Source: Mobula birostris
Lineage: Eukaryota
Direction: 5' to 3'
Length of the DNA stretch: 64,000 nt
Assembly (NCBI RefSeq): GCF_030028105.1
Contig: NC_092390.1
Span: forward strand, 39,786,777 to 39,850,776
Shown: positions 10,918-24,439 of the stretch, piece after piece
Position numbering within the stretch: position 1 is the first letter of the stretch
Layout: the number at the start of each line of letters is the position of its first letter
The notes under the pieces: model-generated
What the model saw: only the letters and a program-made list of their open reading frames with translations
What the model was told of the DNA's origin: nothing
Databases searched by the model: none
Position numbers and translations under genes: made by a program

Positions 10918-13347
10918 CTAGGTGTATTTTTATTGTTTCTTAGCTCAAGCTGGTTAAAGCTGAGGTTTCGGCATTCCTCAATTGCTAGGAACTTTTGGAC
11001 TGTTCTGGTGGTGTTTAGTAATGTGGCTTTCTGGAGATTTACATACATATTGCTGTGTAGGCCTAATTATTTAATGCTCTTGTGAAGTGACTTTGGGAAG
11101 GTACCAGTTTTAAATATTACTATTGGGATAAAGTTCATGTTCCATCATCTTTCAAATTCTCCTTTTAATTCAGCGCATCTCTATGTTTGTCACTTAATGA
11201 TTTCTGTAAGTTGTGTGCGTTTGGAATGACTTTATCTATTATGTAAGTTGTTCTTGCTTTTTTATTCTATAATATTATATCTGGATGGCTGTTATGAATT
11301 GTCCTATCTGTAATAATGGATTGGTCATAACATTATTTGTAGGACCCTGACTCTAAAACTGGATCAGGCTTGTATTTATGGTGAGGTATGGTAACTTTTA
11401 TGAGTTCGTATTTTAAAGCAAGATTTTGGTGAATGATATTTGCCACTTGATTGCTCCTGTGTAAGTAATCAGATTGAGTTAAATTGCTGCAGGATCCTGT
11501 AATGTGTTGGATTGTTTTTGCTTTCTCTTGGCATCTTCTGCATCTATCATCTTAAATTTGTTGGTCTCTTATTATGTATTTTTGATATTTTTGTGTTAAC
11601 CACCTGGTCCTGTATTGCCACAGGGAACCTTTCTGTTTCTGAGAAGATGTCTCCAATTCTGAGCGAGGCTTTGGACACTTCCTTGTCAACACCTTGTCTG
11701 CTCAGATCAAGGTTTGTCTTCCATGGAGGGTTCTGATCTTCCATTGGTTGACTTTTTCTTTTATCGTGAAATTTCTTCATTTTTCTGGGTTAAGTTTACT
11801 TTTTATCAGAATTGTGTGTGCTCACGTGGAGTGCTGAATCCTGTTTTTGTTGATGAAAATATATGCTTCGAAGTTTTATCTGACTTCTGTGTAATTTTTT
11901 GTAATGTCTGTTATTCCTCTTTCTTCTGTCCTAGGTACTATTAATCTAAGTGCATTTGAATGTGTACATTGTGTTTTCTAAAATTTGACATTTCAGTTCT
12001 TAATTTTATTTGCAAGCTTTCCAAATTGGTTTCAGACCAAGAAAATATGCCAAAAGAATGTGTTAATATGGGTATAGCAAAAGTGTTTATGCCCTTGTTA
12101 TATTTTTACTGTACAGCTCTGTTTGGCAGATTTTCTTAAGCCTTGAAATTCTGTTGGAAATTTTCCCTTTATCACACCAATGGTCTATTTTCTTTACTTG
12201 TTGATATTCCAGATACTTATATAAGACCATAAGATATAGGAGCAGAAGTAGGCCATTTGGCCAATCAAGTCTGCTGCGCCATTCAATTCTGGGCTGATCC
12301 AATTCTTCCAGTCATTTCCACTTTCCTGCCTTCACCCCGTAACCTTTGATGCCCCGGCTAATCAAGAACCTATCTATCTCTGCCTTAAATGCACCCAATG
12401 ACCTGGCCTCTACAGCCACTCGTGGCAACAAATTCCACAGATTTACCACCCTCTGACTAAAGTAATTTCTCCACACCTCAATTCTAAAAGGACACTCTTC
12501 AATCCTGAAGTCATGCCCTCTTATCCTAGAATCCCCTACCATGGGAAATAACTTTACCAATATCTAATCTGTTCAGGCCTTTTAACATTTGGATTGTTTC
12601 TATGAGATCCCCCCTCATTCTCCTGAACTCCAGGGAATACACCTCATACGGTAACCCTTTCATTCCTGGAATCCTGGAATCGTTCTTGTGAATCTTCTCT
12701 GAACCCTCTCCAATGTCAGTATATCTTTTCTAAAATAAGGAGCCCAAAACTGCACACAATACTCCAAGTGTGATCTCACGAGTGCCTTATAGAGCCTCAA
12801 CATCACATCCCTGCTCTTATACTTATATACCTCTAGAAATGAACGCCAGCATTATATTTACCTTCTTCACAACTGACTCAACCTGGAGGTTAACCTTTAG
12901 CGTATCTTGCACAATGACTCCCAAGTCCCTTTGCATCTCTGCATTTTGAATTCTCTCCCCATCTAAATAATAGTCTCCCTGTTTATTTCTTCCACCAAAG
13001 TGCATGACCATACATTTTCCAACATTGTACCTCATTTGCCACTTCTTTGCCCATTCCCCTAAACTAACTAAGTCTCTCTGCAGGCTCTCTGTTTCCTCGA
13101 CACTACCTGCTCCTCCACCTATCTTTGAATCATTGGCAAATTTAGCCACAAATCCATTAATACTGTAGTCCAAATCATTGACATGTTTGATATTCATCCA
13201 TCGGTTATATTGTGTCCTGTTGCTCTGCCTTATATTCTACTAGCTCTATTGCAGCTTTCTTAATGTTTAATGTTCTGTACTTTGCTACTCCAAAGTTCAT
13301 ATTTATATCTTTAGAAAGTAGTTCTACTACTTGAATTAATTGAATTA
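10918..13347 (-). mobile_element. R4-clade (Dong/Rex6-like) non-LTR retrotransposon with CCHC finger and restriction-like endonuclease, 5'-truncated
   Basis: Minus strand: SKDINMNFGVAK...DEYQTYKYL (joined across a CR1 insert), KNITRA*NTFAIPILTHSFG, VAIQDQVVNTK, CRRCQEKAKTIQHITGSC, HPDII...IID, LQKATLLNTTRTVQKFL. Many stop codons. Confidence 0.72.
12221..13182 (-). mobile_element. CR1 LINE 3' portion nested in the R4 element
   Basis: VAKFANDSKIGG...LQRDL..LGEWAKKWQM, FSQRVVNLWN; (ataagacc)n 3' repeat at ~12221. Confidence 0.85.
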
Positions 13348-14512
13348 AGGCGATTACTCATAGATAGATAAAGGGGATGCAGTGGATGTTGTATATTTGG
13401 ACTTACAGAAGGCCTTTGATAAGGTGACACAAGAGGCTGCTTACCAAGTTAAGAGCCTATGGCATTACAGGAAAGTTACTGGCATAGTTTGAACATTGGC
13501 TGATTGGTAGGAGGTAGCAAGTGGGAATAAAATGATCCTTTTCTGGTTGGCTGCCGGTGACGAGTGATGTTCTGCAGTGGGGTCAGTGTTGGGGCTGTAT
13601 ATCATTGATTTAGATGATGGAATAGATGGCTTTGTTGCTAAGTTTGCAGATGATATGAAGATTGGTAGAGGGGCAGGTAGTGTTGAAGAAACAAGTAGGA
13701 CTTAGACAGATTAGGAGAATCGGCAAGAGTGGCAAATGGAATATAATGTCAGAAAACAAATGTTCGTGCCCTTTAGTAATAGAAATAAATGTGCAGACTA
13801 TTTTCTAAACGGTGAGAAAATCTAAAAATCTGAGATGCAGTCAGACTTGGCAGTCCTTCTGCAGAACACCCTAAAGGTTAGCTTACAGGTAGAGTCAGTG
13901 GTGAGGACGGCAAATGTAATGTTAGCATTCATTTCAAGAGATCTAGAATACAAGAGTGGGGATGTGATGCTGAAGCCTCACCTTGAATATTGTGCTTCTC
14001 ATCTGAGAAAGAATGTGCTGGCCTTGAAGAGGGTAGAGAAAAGGTTCACAAGGATGATTTTTGGAATGAAAGGGTTATCATACGAGGGAAAATGGATGGC
14101 TCTGGGTCTGTACTCACTGGAATTTAGAAGGATGAGCAGGGATCTCATTGAAACCTTTTGAATATTGAAAGGCCTTGACAGAGTAGATGTGAAAAGGATG
14201 TTTCCCATGGTGGGGCAGTCTAGGCACAGCCTCAGGATAGAGGGGCATCCATATAAAACAGAGAGGAGGAGATATTTCTTAAGCTTGAGGGTGGTGAGTT
14301 TGTGGAATTTATTACCACAGGCAGCTGTGGAGGCCAGGTCGTTGGATATATTTAAGGCAGAGCTTGATTGGTTCTTGATTGGACATGGCATCAAAGTTTA
14401 CAGTGAGAAGGCTGGGGAGTGGGGCTGAGGAGGGAAAAATAGGATCAGCCATGATTGAATGGCAGAGAAGGGCCAAATGGCCTAATTCTGTTCCTATGTC
14501 CTGTGGTCTTAT
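13348..14512 (+). mobile_element. CR1 LINE (RT to 3' end), decayed
   Basis: AVDVVYLDLQKAFDKV, VAKFADDMKIG, KRFTRMI.G, LRVVSLWNLLP and a CR1 3' UTR. Confidence 0.85.
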
Positions 14513-16207
14513 GGAATCTCAGGTTTCATGGTGACATATGTATACTTTGATAATAAATTTAAGTTAATATTTGAACTGTGATCTCTGCAGCCACCAAAAT
14601 TACATGTCATTTGTTTTGATAGGGTCTATCCGTTTAGCATCATTATAGTGCCACACTGCAGGTTGGAGTGAGTTGTTGCTATAAACAAGGGACATAGCCT
14701 ACAAAAAAGTGCAGTAATCACTTCTACCATACTTTCAGTGGGGAGTGTGTGAAATGGTTTGCCTAGTGTGGGTTAGTTAGATTGTGACATTAATCACTTA
14801 ATCACACTGATTTGAAGCAAGCACAGTCATTTGGATCTTCCTGGTCTTTTATCACTTAGAGGTGAATGTGCTTTCAAAAGCACAAAGAAACCCTTCCAAT
14901 TCTGTCTGGAGACATCATAAATTATTTATTGCCTATTTTCTGCTTTAATTCTTTTGGTTTGTGATTCTGCACATTTTGAGTGCTATTCCATCTGCTCTAT
15001 TTCTGATGTATTCGGGGAGTGTTTTGGCTGCTGCAGGAGGTTTTTTTTTTGTCACCTAAAGCTTGAAGAAAGTTTTATGAAAGGAAAGAAGGGTTAGGCA
15101 TGCTGCGAGACTCATCATCAATGATTTCAACCCTGCTGCTGGCTCAGCAATGGCTCTTTCAGCAATGATCAAGACAGTCTCCTCGATCAGGGCCTGAGTT
15201 TGTGCTGTTTCTCTCTATATCTCTATGACTCCATCACATGCACTTGGACAATTATATTTAATCTGATGATAAGCTAAAGTATGTGTTTTAACACAATGCA
15301 CATTGAATCTCTTTGGCTCACCAACCAAATATGATAACTGCCGCAGTTTGGCCTATCCTGTTATTGTTAATGGATGTGGCACAGGCCTTGGGCAACCAAC
15401 AGGTTCTCAGGAGACAAGTTGGTTATTAAGATGTTTCAATAAGGTTGCATACTTAGGGCTTTTTCACTCCCCAGCTTTCCTATTGGTACAGCCGGGAGCT
15501 AAAGGGAGGCAAGGACACGTATACAGTAGATGGAAAAGGTACTCGTGGGCCTGCAGAAGAAGTGTACCCCTGACCATTCCCAGGCAAACCCATTTTTTAT
15601 GTTGTCACTGCAACTGAAACTTTGCCAAAATCATGGTCCTCTTACACATACTAACCCTCATCCTCTTGTAATTATTGACCCCTTCCCTCTGATCATTGCC
15701 TTGTATTGATCAGAGATGTGCTATAACTCACTAGTTGCCCATCCCTTCTGTGCCCCAGTGATCACTGGCACTCCTAAATGGGTCATTCCTACAGTCACAG
15801 AAATCTCTCTGTCCACAGACACCTTGCACGATCACTGGATCACTGTAACTCATCCATAACCAATGTCCTTTATAGCGATTGACCTCCCGATTGACTACTC
15901 AGTCAATGGTCACTGTCATCATTAAATCTTGTGATCATTGTCCCTTAAATGACAATGGCAGATACTCTTTCCTGACCCCCTTCTCATCAGCAGCATGATC
16001 TCCCATCTCAGTGGTTTCCCAGCCGACTCTTGTCCAACCATCATCACCCTTTATCCTTACCACCCTCAGTGCCCCTCCCTCCAATCTCATCACAAGCAGC
16101 AGAGAGTCTGTCTGACCCCCAGCTGCAGGCTGTTCTGGGGCAATCTTCCTCCTTAACAAGCGCCTCAGCCTTCTTAACATCCTGGTATCTAGTTGGAAAG
16201 ACATCTA

Positions 16208-16842
16208 AGATAAGTGAGGGGAGATCTTACAGAGGTAAACAAATTTGTGTGGAGTATAGGTAGGGTGAACGCATGCAGACTTTCCTTCCTCAGGTTGAGT
16301 GAGACTAGAACTAAAGGTCATAGGCTGAGGATGAAATGAGAAATATTTAGTAGTAGTAGTAGTAGTCATATTTTATTGATCCCGGGGGAAATTGGTTTTC
16401 GTTACAGTTGCACCATAAGTAATAAATAGTAATAGAACCATAAATAGTTAAATAGTAATATGTAAATTATGCCAGTAAATTATGAAATAAGTCCAGGACC
16501 AGCCTATTGGTTCAGGGTGTCTGACCCTCCAAGGGAGGAGTTGTAAAGTTTGATGGCCACAGGCAGGAATGACTTCCTATGATGCTCTTCCGATTTAAGG
16601 GAAATTTGAGGAGGAACAACTTCACTCAGATGGTGGTGCCACTGGGGAGTGAGCTGCCAGCAAAAGTGATAGATGTGAGTTCAATTGTAACATTTAAGAG
16701 AAGTTTGGATAGGTATATGGATGAGAGGGTGATGGAGGGCTATGGTCATTGTGCCGGTAGATGGGACAGGTAGAAGATGAGGCTGACACCAAATAGATGG
16801 GCCGAAGAACCTGTTTCTGTGCTGTAGTGCTCTGCGACTGTA
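16208..16842 (+). mobile_element. CR1 3' end interrupted at ~16350-16590 by a minus-strand Rex1-like 3' end with (AGT)6
   Basis: CR1 sequence gaaatattta|..|gatttaaggg is contiguous across the insert. The insert reads KSFLPVAIKLYNSS on the minus strand. Confidence 0.6.
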
Positions 16843-16999
16843 TAAAATACAGATTATAAACCCCTCCCCCATTAATTTCCGTGAAATAAGTTGAAACTGA
16901 AGATGTAATGCAAAGCACTAAATAACAGATATTCCCACATTTGTTTTGTTATGCTACAATATATCTTATTCTTCACTATAATTCAAAGACTGATTAAAA

Positions 17000-18120
17000 A
17001 CTTTTTCAATCTTTTTATTAAGTTTCAAAATTAATAAACATAATAATAATAGTGATATAAAGAGATTGGGATTACATTAATAACAGTTAACATGTACAAG
17101 CACAGATTCCAAGTGACAAATGTAGTTTCGCCTCTCAACCTCTTAGTAACTAACCATGAAAAAGTGAAAAAAGAGGGAAAAAAAACCCTAAACTAAAAAA
17201 AACAAACAAAGATTGGGCTGTCATATTACATCGGCTAAAGTTATTATTTGTCGTTAACTCTGCTCCTCTATACATGAACAAAAAATTACTGCAAAGGATT
17301 CAGAAAGGGTCAACTTATATCATATGAAAATATTGAATAAATGGCCTCCAAGTTTCTTCAAATTTAACTGAAGGATCCATAATACTGCTCCTAATTTTTT
17401 CCAAGTTTAGGCATGCTATCGTTTGGGAAAACCATTGAAATATAGTAGGGGGATTGGATTCTTTCCATTTAAGTAAAATGGATCTTCTGGCTATTAATGT
17501 AACAAATGCAATTAGACGGCAAGCTGATGAGGATAAATGACTAGAGTCTATCACTGATAGTCCAAAAATAGCAGTAATAGGATGAGGTTGTAAATCAATA
17601 CGCAGAACTACTGAAATAATATAAAAAATATCTTTCCAATATTTTTATGGAAGAGGATAAGACTAGAACATATGTGTCAGGGAAGCTACCTCAGAATTAC
17701 ATCTATCACAAGCAGGATTTATATGGCAGTAAAAGCGAGCTAACTTATCCTTGGACATATGAGCCCTATTAACCACCTTAAATTGTATCAAAGCATGTCT
17801 GGCACACATTGAAGAAGTATTAACTAGTTGAAGAATTTTCTCCAAATTTCTCTGTAGGTAAAGGTATCTGAAGTCCTCTTTCCCACTCATTAATAATTTC
17901 ATCGGAAGTACCTAAGCGTATTTTCACAATTAAATTCATAAATAAATGATATTAAACTCTCCTGATAGGGTTTTAAACTTAAATTTTTTTCTGTAACTTC
18001 AATTTGATGTGATATCAGAAAGGTAGGTAAAATAACATTCAGAAAGTTTCTAATCTGTAAATATCTGAAAATGTGTGATCTAGGCAAATTATATTTATTA
18101 GACAACTGTTCAAAAGACAA
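17000..18120 (-). mobile_element. L1-clade LINE 3' fragment, same family as 9138-10215
   Basis: FEQLSNKYNLPRSH.FRYLQIRNFL, RAHMSKDKLAR..INPACDRC..EVASLTHMF, IARRSILLKWK. Shares the 3' terminus tttttcaatctttttatta with the 9138 copy. Confidence 0.85.
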
Positions 18121-20211
18121 AAACAGTCAGTAGATACGGGGTACGTACATAGATGTAAATGTCTAGCTTTTCTTACCTCCCATTCCTCCCCTCTAGCCAC
18201 CTCATCCCCAACCCCACCCAGGGCTCTCCAGCCAACCACACCCTGAGCTTCTAATTGAAAGAACTAAAAGAAAATTGCAGAACCAACATTAGTGTCAGCA
18301 ACTACTCATAGAATGGTGGTTGTCATTTCTGCAGCTTAAAGTAATCCCTTAGTCCTTCAGCAGGGTGCTTTCATTATTTGCATAGTTGGGTTTGAGTTCA
18401 GGGAGGATGACACACTCAGACAAAGTTGGAAGGATAATCAGCTGTTATGTATGCCAAATTACATCTAGTCCATTTTGCTCCTGGTTTTCTGCACATTATG
18501 CTCTGAACTTGGATGTTAAAGAGTTAAAGCTAAATATTATATAGTATTCAAGGGAAATTATTTCAGCAAGGGCATGGTTAAAATGTGGAACTCATTACAA
18601 AAGAAAATAGCCTAGAAGTACAAATGCTTTTAAGTGGAAGCTGGATAAACAAGTAAGAGAGAAATGATTTGTTGATGTGGCGAGATGTGACTAGGCAGAA
18701 GAATAGGCTGTCTTGGACTAGATGGGCCAAAGGGCTGTTTCTGCTGTGTAGTGCTCTTTGACTTTATGATCATTAAAACATTCTCATTATACTGCATCGG
18801 TGAAAATACATTTTATTCTTGTCTTAATTGGGTGTAAAAGATTCCAGAGCATTATTTTGAAAACAAAAGGGTTGTTCTCAGTGTCTTGGCCACTAAATAT
18901 CATTCATTAAAAATAGCTCATCAGTTGTTCGTTATTGTTTTCTTGTTAGGACTCAGTATAGGGGTGTTTTCATCCTCCCTGGCCCAAAGGATTTCACAGT
19001 ATATTTGTCTTAATCTTACTTTGACCTCTGCTGTCCATTGATACCTTCCTCTGATGTAGCACTGATTTCAACTCTGGACAGCAGTTATGGAATTGACAGC
19101 ATATCCTTGATTGCCTGCTATTGGATAAAGTTAGGCACCGTGACTGAATCTCTAAATACTGAATAAGATTCCTTCATTATCAGAAACAAAGTCGTATCAT
19201 TTTCTAATGATGTAGACTATTTTAGTACATATAGGCTGAGAACAAATGTAAGAAGTTAAAGCCCCATGAAGTAGAAATGTCCAGACCAAAGCATTATATA
19301 AAAAATATTTATAAGAGTTATTAGAAATTTCATTGGTTAAAATCAAGGCATTGGTAGTTGTTCGCCAAGATGAAGGATGGAAGCTTAAGGTGGCCTATTG
19401 CCACTGAGAATTGATTCATAATATACTGTCAAGGTGCAGCCTCTGACCTGATAGAGACCATAGACGTTATTCATTTTTGCCTATTTAATATGCACAGCTA
19501 TTTTAATATGTACAGTGTATGTTTTGTGGTAGGAAAACACCACTATGAGGAATGAATAGGTACTGTGAATTGCAATCATGAGACAAGGAAATCTACCCCC
19601 GAGATTTTACTCTTCAAAACTACTTTTGAGTAAGTGGTTTCATTTGGAGTTGTGGCCTCTAAAATTCAGAGCCCCAGCTGGGTGGATTTTATGGCAATAA
19701 GGCTGGATTGAAAAATAAATGTCTTCTTAATAGTCTGCACCTGCTGTTAGGTCAGAATATTCTTACTGTCTTTAATCTAATCTTGCTCTCCATGTCAGGT
19801 GTTAATAATAGTGGAAAAGTTATTGTAGAAATAAGCAGAATGCCAGAGTGTTCACATTATGCTTAAAAATGTAGCATGCCTCTGGGAGGACTAGAATTTG
19901 CTATGGTTTGCCTGTAACACGTTCTATCAGCAATGCTCCACAAAAATTGCATGTACTTTTGTAAAAAAAAAATCCCTTTTAGTTTTATCTGAAGAAATAA
20001 AGAAGCAATGTAAGCTTTTACAACTGCAGCGAGAAAATAATTTTCAATTTGGCTGAAGGAAGGGAATGCAGTTATTTATTTTAACCCAGTCAGGCTCAGT
20101 TTCTAAGATTATATCATACAGTGATTGACATACGAACATCACCATTAAATCTTTCTTTGCACATTAACCTTTTAAAATACAAATTCAGTCAGGACCAATG
20201 AGACCAATTTA

Positions 20212-20335
20212 TTTAAGCCGATCACCCCTATGGGGCATAGGCTGCTGACAGCAGCTCACCAGAACCCTCTGTCCTGGGCCAGTGTTCCAAGTTGGCCCCA
20301 GGTGTAGCCCATCTTCGAAGATCCTTCCTCTCACA
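20212..20335 (-). mobile_element. Probable RTE-clade LINE 3' end
   Basis: Minus strand resembles the RTE C-terminus (MGYTWGQLGTLAQDRGFW..AVSSLCP); short, matched from memory. Confidence 0.4.
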
Positions 20336-21053
20336 GGGATGAGGTCTTTGGAGCTTTTGCTGGTGTTTCTGTAGCTCTGGGTTTTTATTGGATAGGATTG
20401 CTGGTCCTGTATCCAACCCTGCTCTTTTTCACAGCTGGGCTAGGGACTGTCCATGGTGGAGTTATTTGGACCAACCCACATCCATTACTTATTGATTTAT
20501 TAAAAACTTATTTTTTTCACGGAATAACCTGAAGAAAACATTTCTAGAGTGATGGAATTATATTTTAAATATAAAGAATATAACATATTGGCATTTGAGC
20601 ATCTTTGCCCGAAGAGCTAGGGATACATGTCACAAGATCATTACACAGAACCGGAGAGAGATGTAAAGCAGTGATGCTGATTAAATCAGGAACAAATACG
20701 GAACTTTTGATGCAAATTTTACTGCAGCAGAAATGTTTTTGAATTCATATGCTTGGCTGAAATTCAGATTTCAGTCACAATGAGGACTCACTGGAGAGCT
20801 GCAAAAACAGCCCCAGGAATCATGATGCACAATTAATCCATGTGCATTGATTGCAGTGTGGAAACATGCCAAGTTTGCTTCCTGCTCACTTGTAGTTACT
20901 GCATGTAGCCAGCACTGGTTATGCTATTCATCAGGTATTGATTCACTAAGGCACCCAGGCTTTAAATTGACAAGCACCACATAAAATTTAAGAGAATAAT
21001 GGATTGTGACTATGCTAATTGCCGTTAGGTGTACTGAAATTCATTTTGACATA

Positions 21054-22422
21054 CAGGTTTCCCCCGCTATCCGAAGGTAGACTGTTTCAATGAAATGGTT
21101 CGTAAGCCGGAATGTCGTAAAGTGAATAAGCAATTACCATTTATTAATATGGGAAAATTTTTGTACGTTCCCGGCAGCATCTGTAGGAAGAGGTGCAGTC
21201 GACATTTCAGGCCGAGACCCTTCGTCAGGACTCACTGTACATGCATTATTTCTACTTTATATAGGCTGTGTATTTTTATATGTTATTTGGTGTGATTTGG
21301 CAGCTTCATAGCTTAAAGGTTACCAGAGAGAGTGTTTCTGCTGAGAGCACTTCCGCCAAGAGTGCTGCCGTGAGATTTTCGCTGCGCTAGACAGTGCTGC
21401 AGAAAAGTATTTCTACTTTATATAGGCTGTGTATTTGTCATACCATTCCTGCTTTTACTATATGTAACTATTATTTTAGTTTTTACGTATTATTTGGCAT
21501 GATTTTGTAGGATATTTTTTGGGTCTTTGGCCTGCTGCGTTCACCAGCAACTTTGATGTGTGTTGCATGTACAGTGTAGTTTCACTTATCGGAATCGGGA
21601 AGACTCCAATAAATTGCAGTTTTGTCACAGTTAAACACTTGCGTATACGAATAACCACCTTCTGTAATTATTTTCTTCAGTTCTGCTGGGAACTTTTTGG
21701 CAGCTTCAGTATCAGCCGAAGCACTGTCTCCGGTAAACGTTAAACTATGAAGCTGTCCTCGCCTCAGAAACCGATCAAACCACCCATGACTACCTTTAAA
21801 TTCCACTTTTGCAACACTTTCGTCACCATCATCCAGTGCTTTCTGTTTCAGCTTATAAAAAAGACTGACTGATTTCTCCTTAAGTAGAAGAAAACTTAAC
21901 GGAACACCATGCTTTGTACACCCATCAATCCACTTAAGCAATAGACTCCATTTTATCCATTACTGGATGCTGACTAAGAGAGACCACTTTGCTACGAGCA
22001 AAACCAATAGTAACATCGGCAGCTTTCAAAATTCTTTCTCTCTGCGTATAAATAGTGCGAATGGTGGATGCAGACAAGTTCAACGCGCGGACAATGTCCT
22101 TACTTCGTTCAACGTGATCGAAACGCTTAATTATGTCTAATTTTATGCTAAGTGTAACACCCTTACAAGCTCCTTTAGGCTTTTCATATACCTTAGAACT
22201 CATCTTGCTAACGGATGCACAAAATAAATCGAGATAAAGCACGTGTTTAAGCAATGGTGGCTGGAATGCAGATCTGGGGGAGGAGCTTGGCTGTTCGGGC
22301 GCGTGCTGCCTTTTTTCGTAACAGTGAAAGCACCTTCTGTTAGCGAAAACAGGTAACTAATGTAGGTCTTTCGTAACAGCAAGGTGTCGTAAAGCAAACG
22401 TTCAGAAAACGGGGGCCACCTG
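21054..22422 (-). mobile_element. Tigger/pogo DNA transposon, internally deleted, containing a PLE fragment and an inversion
   Basis: Imperfect TIRs CAGGTTTCCCCCG / CAGGTGGCCCCCG, TA TSDs at 21052-21053 and 22423-22424. Minus ORFs 21934-22254 (psq-type HTH: KLDIIKRFD..ERSKDIVRAL) and 21582-21941 (CENP-B HTH: FKGSHGWFDRF...VFNCD). DDE core missing. Confidence 0.88.
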
Positions 22423-24439
22423 TATTCAAGAATGGAACAAAATGGGAGAGATGAAACTCGGAGGTTTTCTGACATTGTTTCGTATGCCTTGGTGGAGGAA
22501 ACAGAGAATAGGGGAGATGTCAACCTTCAAACACATCTGGAAAAACATTGCCAAAGCTCCATGCATGAGGAACTCTACAGAGATTCACACTTTAAAATGT
22601 GTTTGCATGTCTCATTATCATCATTGTATTATCCTGTTTGTTTAGTAAATGAACATCTGCTCATGGGACTTTCAAGATTTACTAGCAATGGCTGAACTGG
22701 AATGGTACTGTGCAGCTGTGCCTCTGAATGGGAAGTGCCTATTGTGTCCAACACTTCAGGAAATCATTCCACAGCTTTACAAGCTTAGCGTTAAGCCATA
22801 TTACAGCAGGAATCAGAGGGGCCAGGTTTTCTGATGCCAGGTTCTAAGTGAAGCACTGGGAGGAAATGATTAAGGAGGGTAATGGAAGGAGCAAAGCACT
22901 CAGGGCCTGAATTGCAGAGCTGGGAGTATAAAGTAAGATCCTGACATGTGGTCAAGGTCAGAGAATACATTAGAAAATCCCTAACAAATACACCAGAGTG
23001 CTCACACTCAGCACCGTGATATACATCTCTATCAGCCACTTAACAATGATCTCTATCAATCAGGATTCCTACTTAACATCATACAGCCTGCAGAAGATGG
23101 CATCTCCAACACACATTGCTCCAACATCTCACAGTTTACACTCATCCCTTGCTTTTTCAGGCATCGCACATGTCACACAAACAAACTCATTTACACCCTT
23201 CCCTTCCCCTGGAGGAAATGGTGTCACAAAATCCGTGCCAGCAACAGCATACTGGCAGCAGACAAAACTGTGTCCATAAGCCCAGCAGCCAGGAGGAGAG
23301 TGGGCTGGTTGTTGTTGGAGCAGCCATGACGGAACCAGTGGTTCGAATTGGTGATGACAAGCTGACATCTAATGCTTCTCACATCCCGCTTCCATCTCCT
23401 TACACAATTGTTCTGAGTGATAAAATGCAAATGATGGATGTATGCTCTGTTGTGTTGGATGGTGAGGGATAGCGCAGAGACACCTGGATACCAGCCCTGC
23501 AGGATATTCAACTGAACCTTATTGATAACCACGCTAGTTCATTGTGTGAACTCCTCCTATGTGGGGGTGGCTAAATGAATGACATTGAAATAACCTCTTA
23601 GTTACCACAGCACTCTCCATCTCCCTTCATGATTATAATACCTTTCTATCCTTTTTTCCCCCCGATACCCAACAATTTCCAACTGGCTAGGAAACAAGAA
23701 AGCAGCTCCTTTCTCAATCTATTGGTCACACCCACCAGCACAGAGACAGACACTTTGTGTAGTGGAGATTCATGGAGTCACTCAGCACACAGACACCTCC
23801 TTCTCACCATGCCCATGGTGATCATCAAATACGATTTCACCAGCATACGGTCTGTAGCCCTCCACACTTAGGTGATTCAGATGCTCAAAAGGAGTACCTG
23901 TTGCAAAGACCTTTAGCTTCAGCCTAATAAGGCATTGAAAAATTCATTGTCTATGTCACCTTAACAACCACCAGCAATGTTCTGTTCTCTGCATTGAGGC
24001 TGTACCTTTGGTGTTGGTCTCAGTGGTAGGGGAAGGTGTGGGCGCATGTGGGCACGAGTGGGGGTGATAATGAGCACTCGCTCCACTGTGAAAATCTGGA
24101 AAGTGCAGACGTAGAGCTCCCCACCAACTCAGGTTCAGTCCTGACTTCAGGTACTTGGCTGTTGTCTGTGAGGAGTTTGCCCATCGTCTCTGATGTTCTC
24201 CTATGTAACCCAGTACATGCTCGTGGGTTGCCCCCAGCACCTCCGTAGGTGTGTTGGTTGTTTCGATATACATGTGATAAATATATCTAAGTTTGTCAGA
24301 GAAGCTTTTGTGATGCTGTCAGTCCAGCACAACAAACTGAGCTGACATTTCGTTGTATTACAGACATTGACACTATCTCCATCAGCTATCAACCTGTCTG
24401 CCTCTTAGGGTGGGATTGATATATAACACACTTCATGGC

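Larger units (their letters stand above)
7590..14575 (+). mobile_element. Rex1/Babar LINE acting as host of a multi-layer TE nest
   Basis: Pieces at ~7590-8236, 8753-9137 and 10216-10917 join across the inserts (EHLDRED|[10 protein letters not shown]; WCHSNNLS|FNVSKT). A Rex1-like tail (..tactttgataataaa..) at ~14517-14575 may be its 3' end (inference). Confidence 0.75.

Noticed and set aside
22800-24360. Possible Harbinger Myb-like or RTE remnants
   Set aside because: Too degenerate; no motif I can support.
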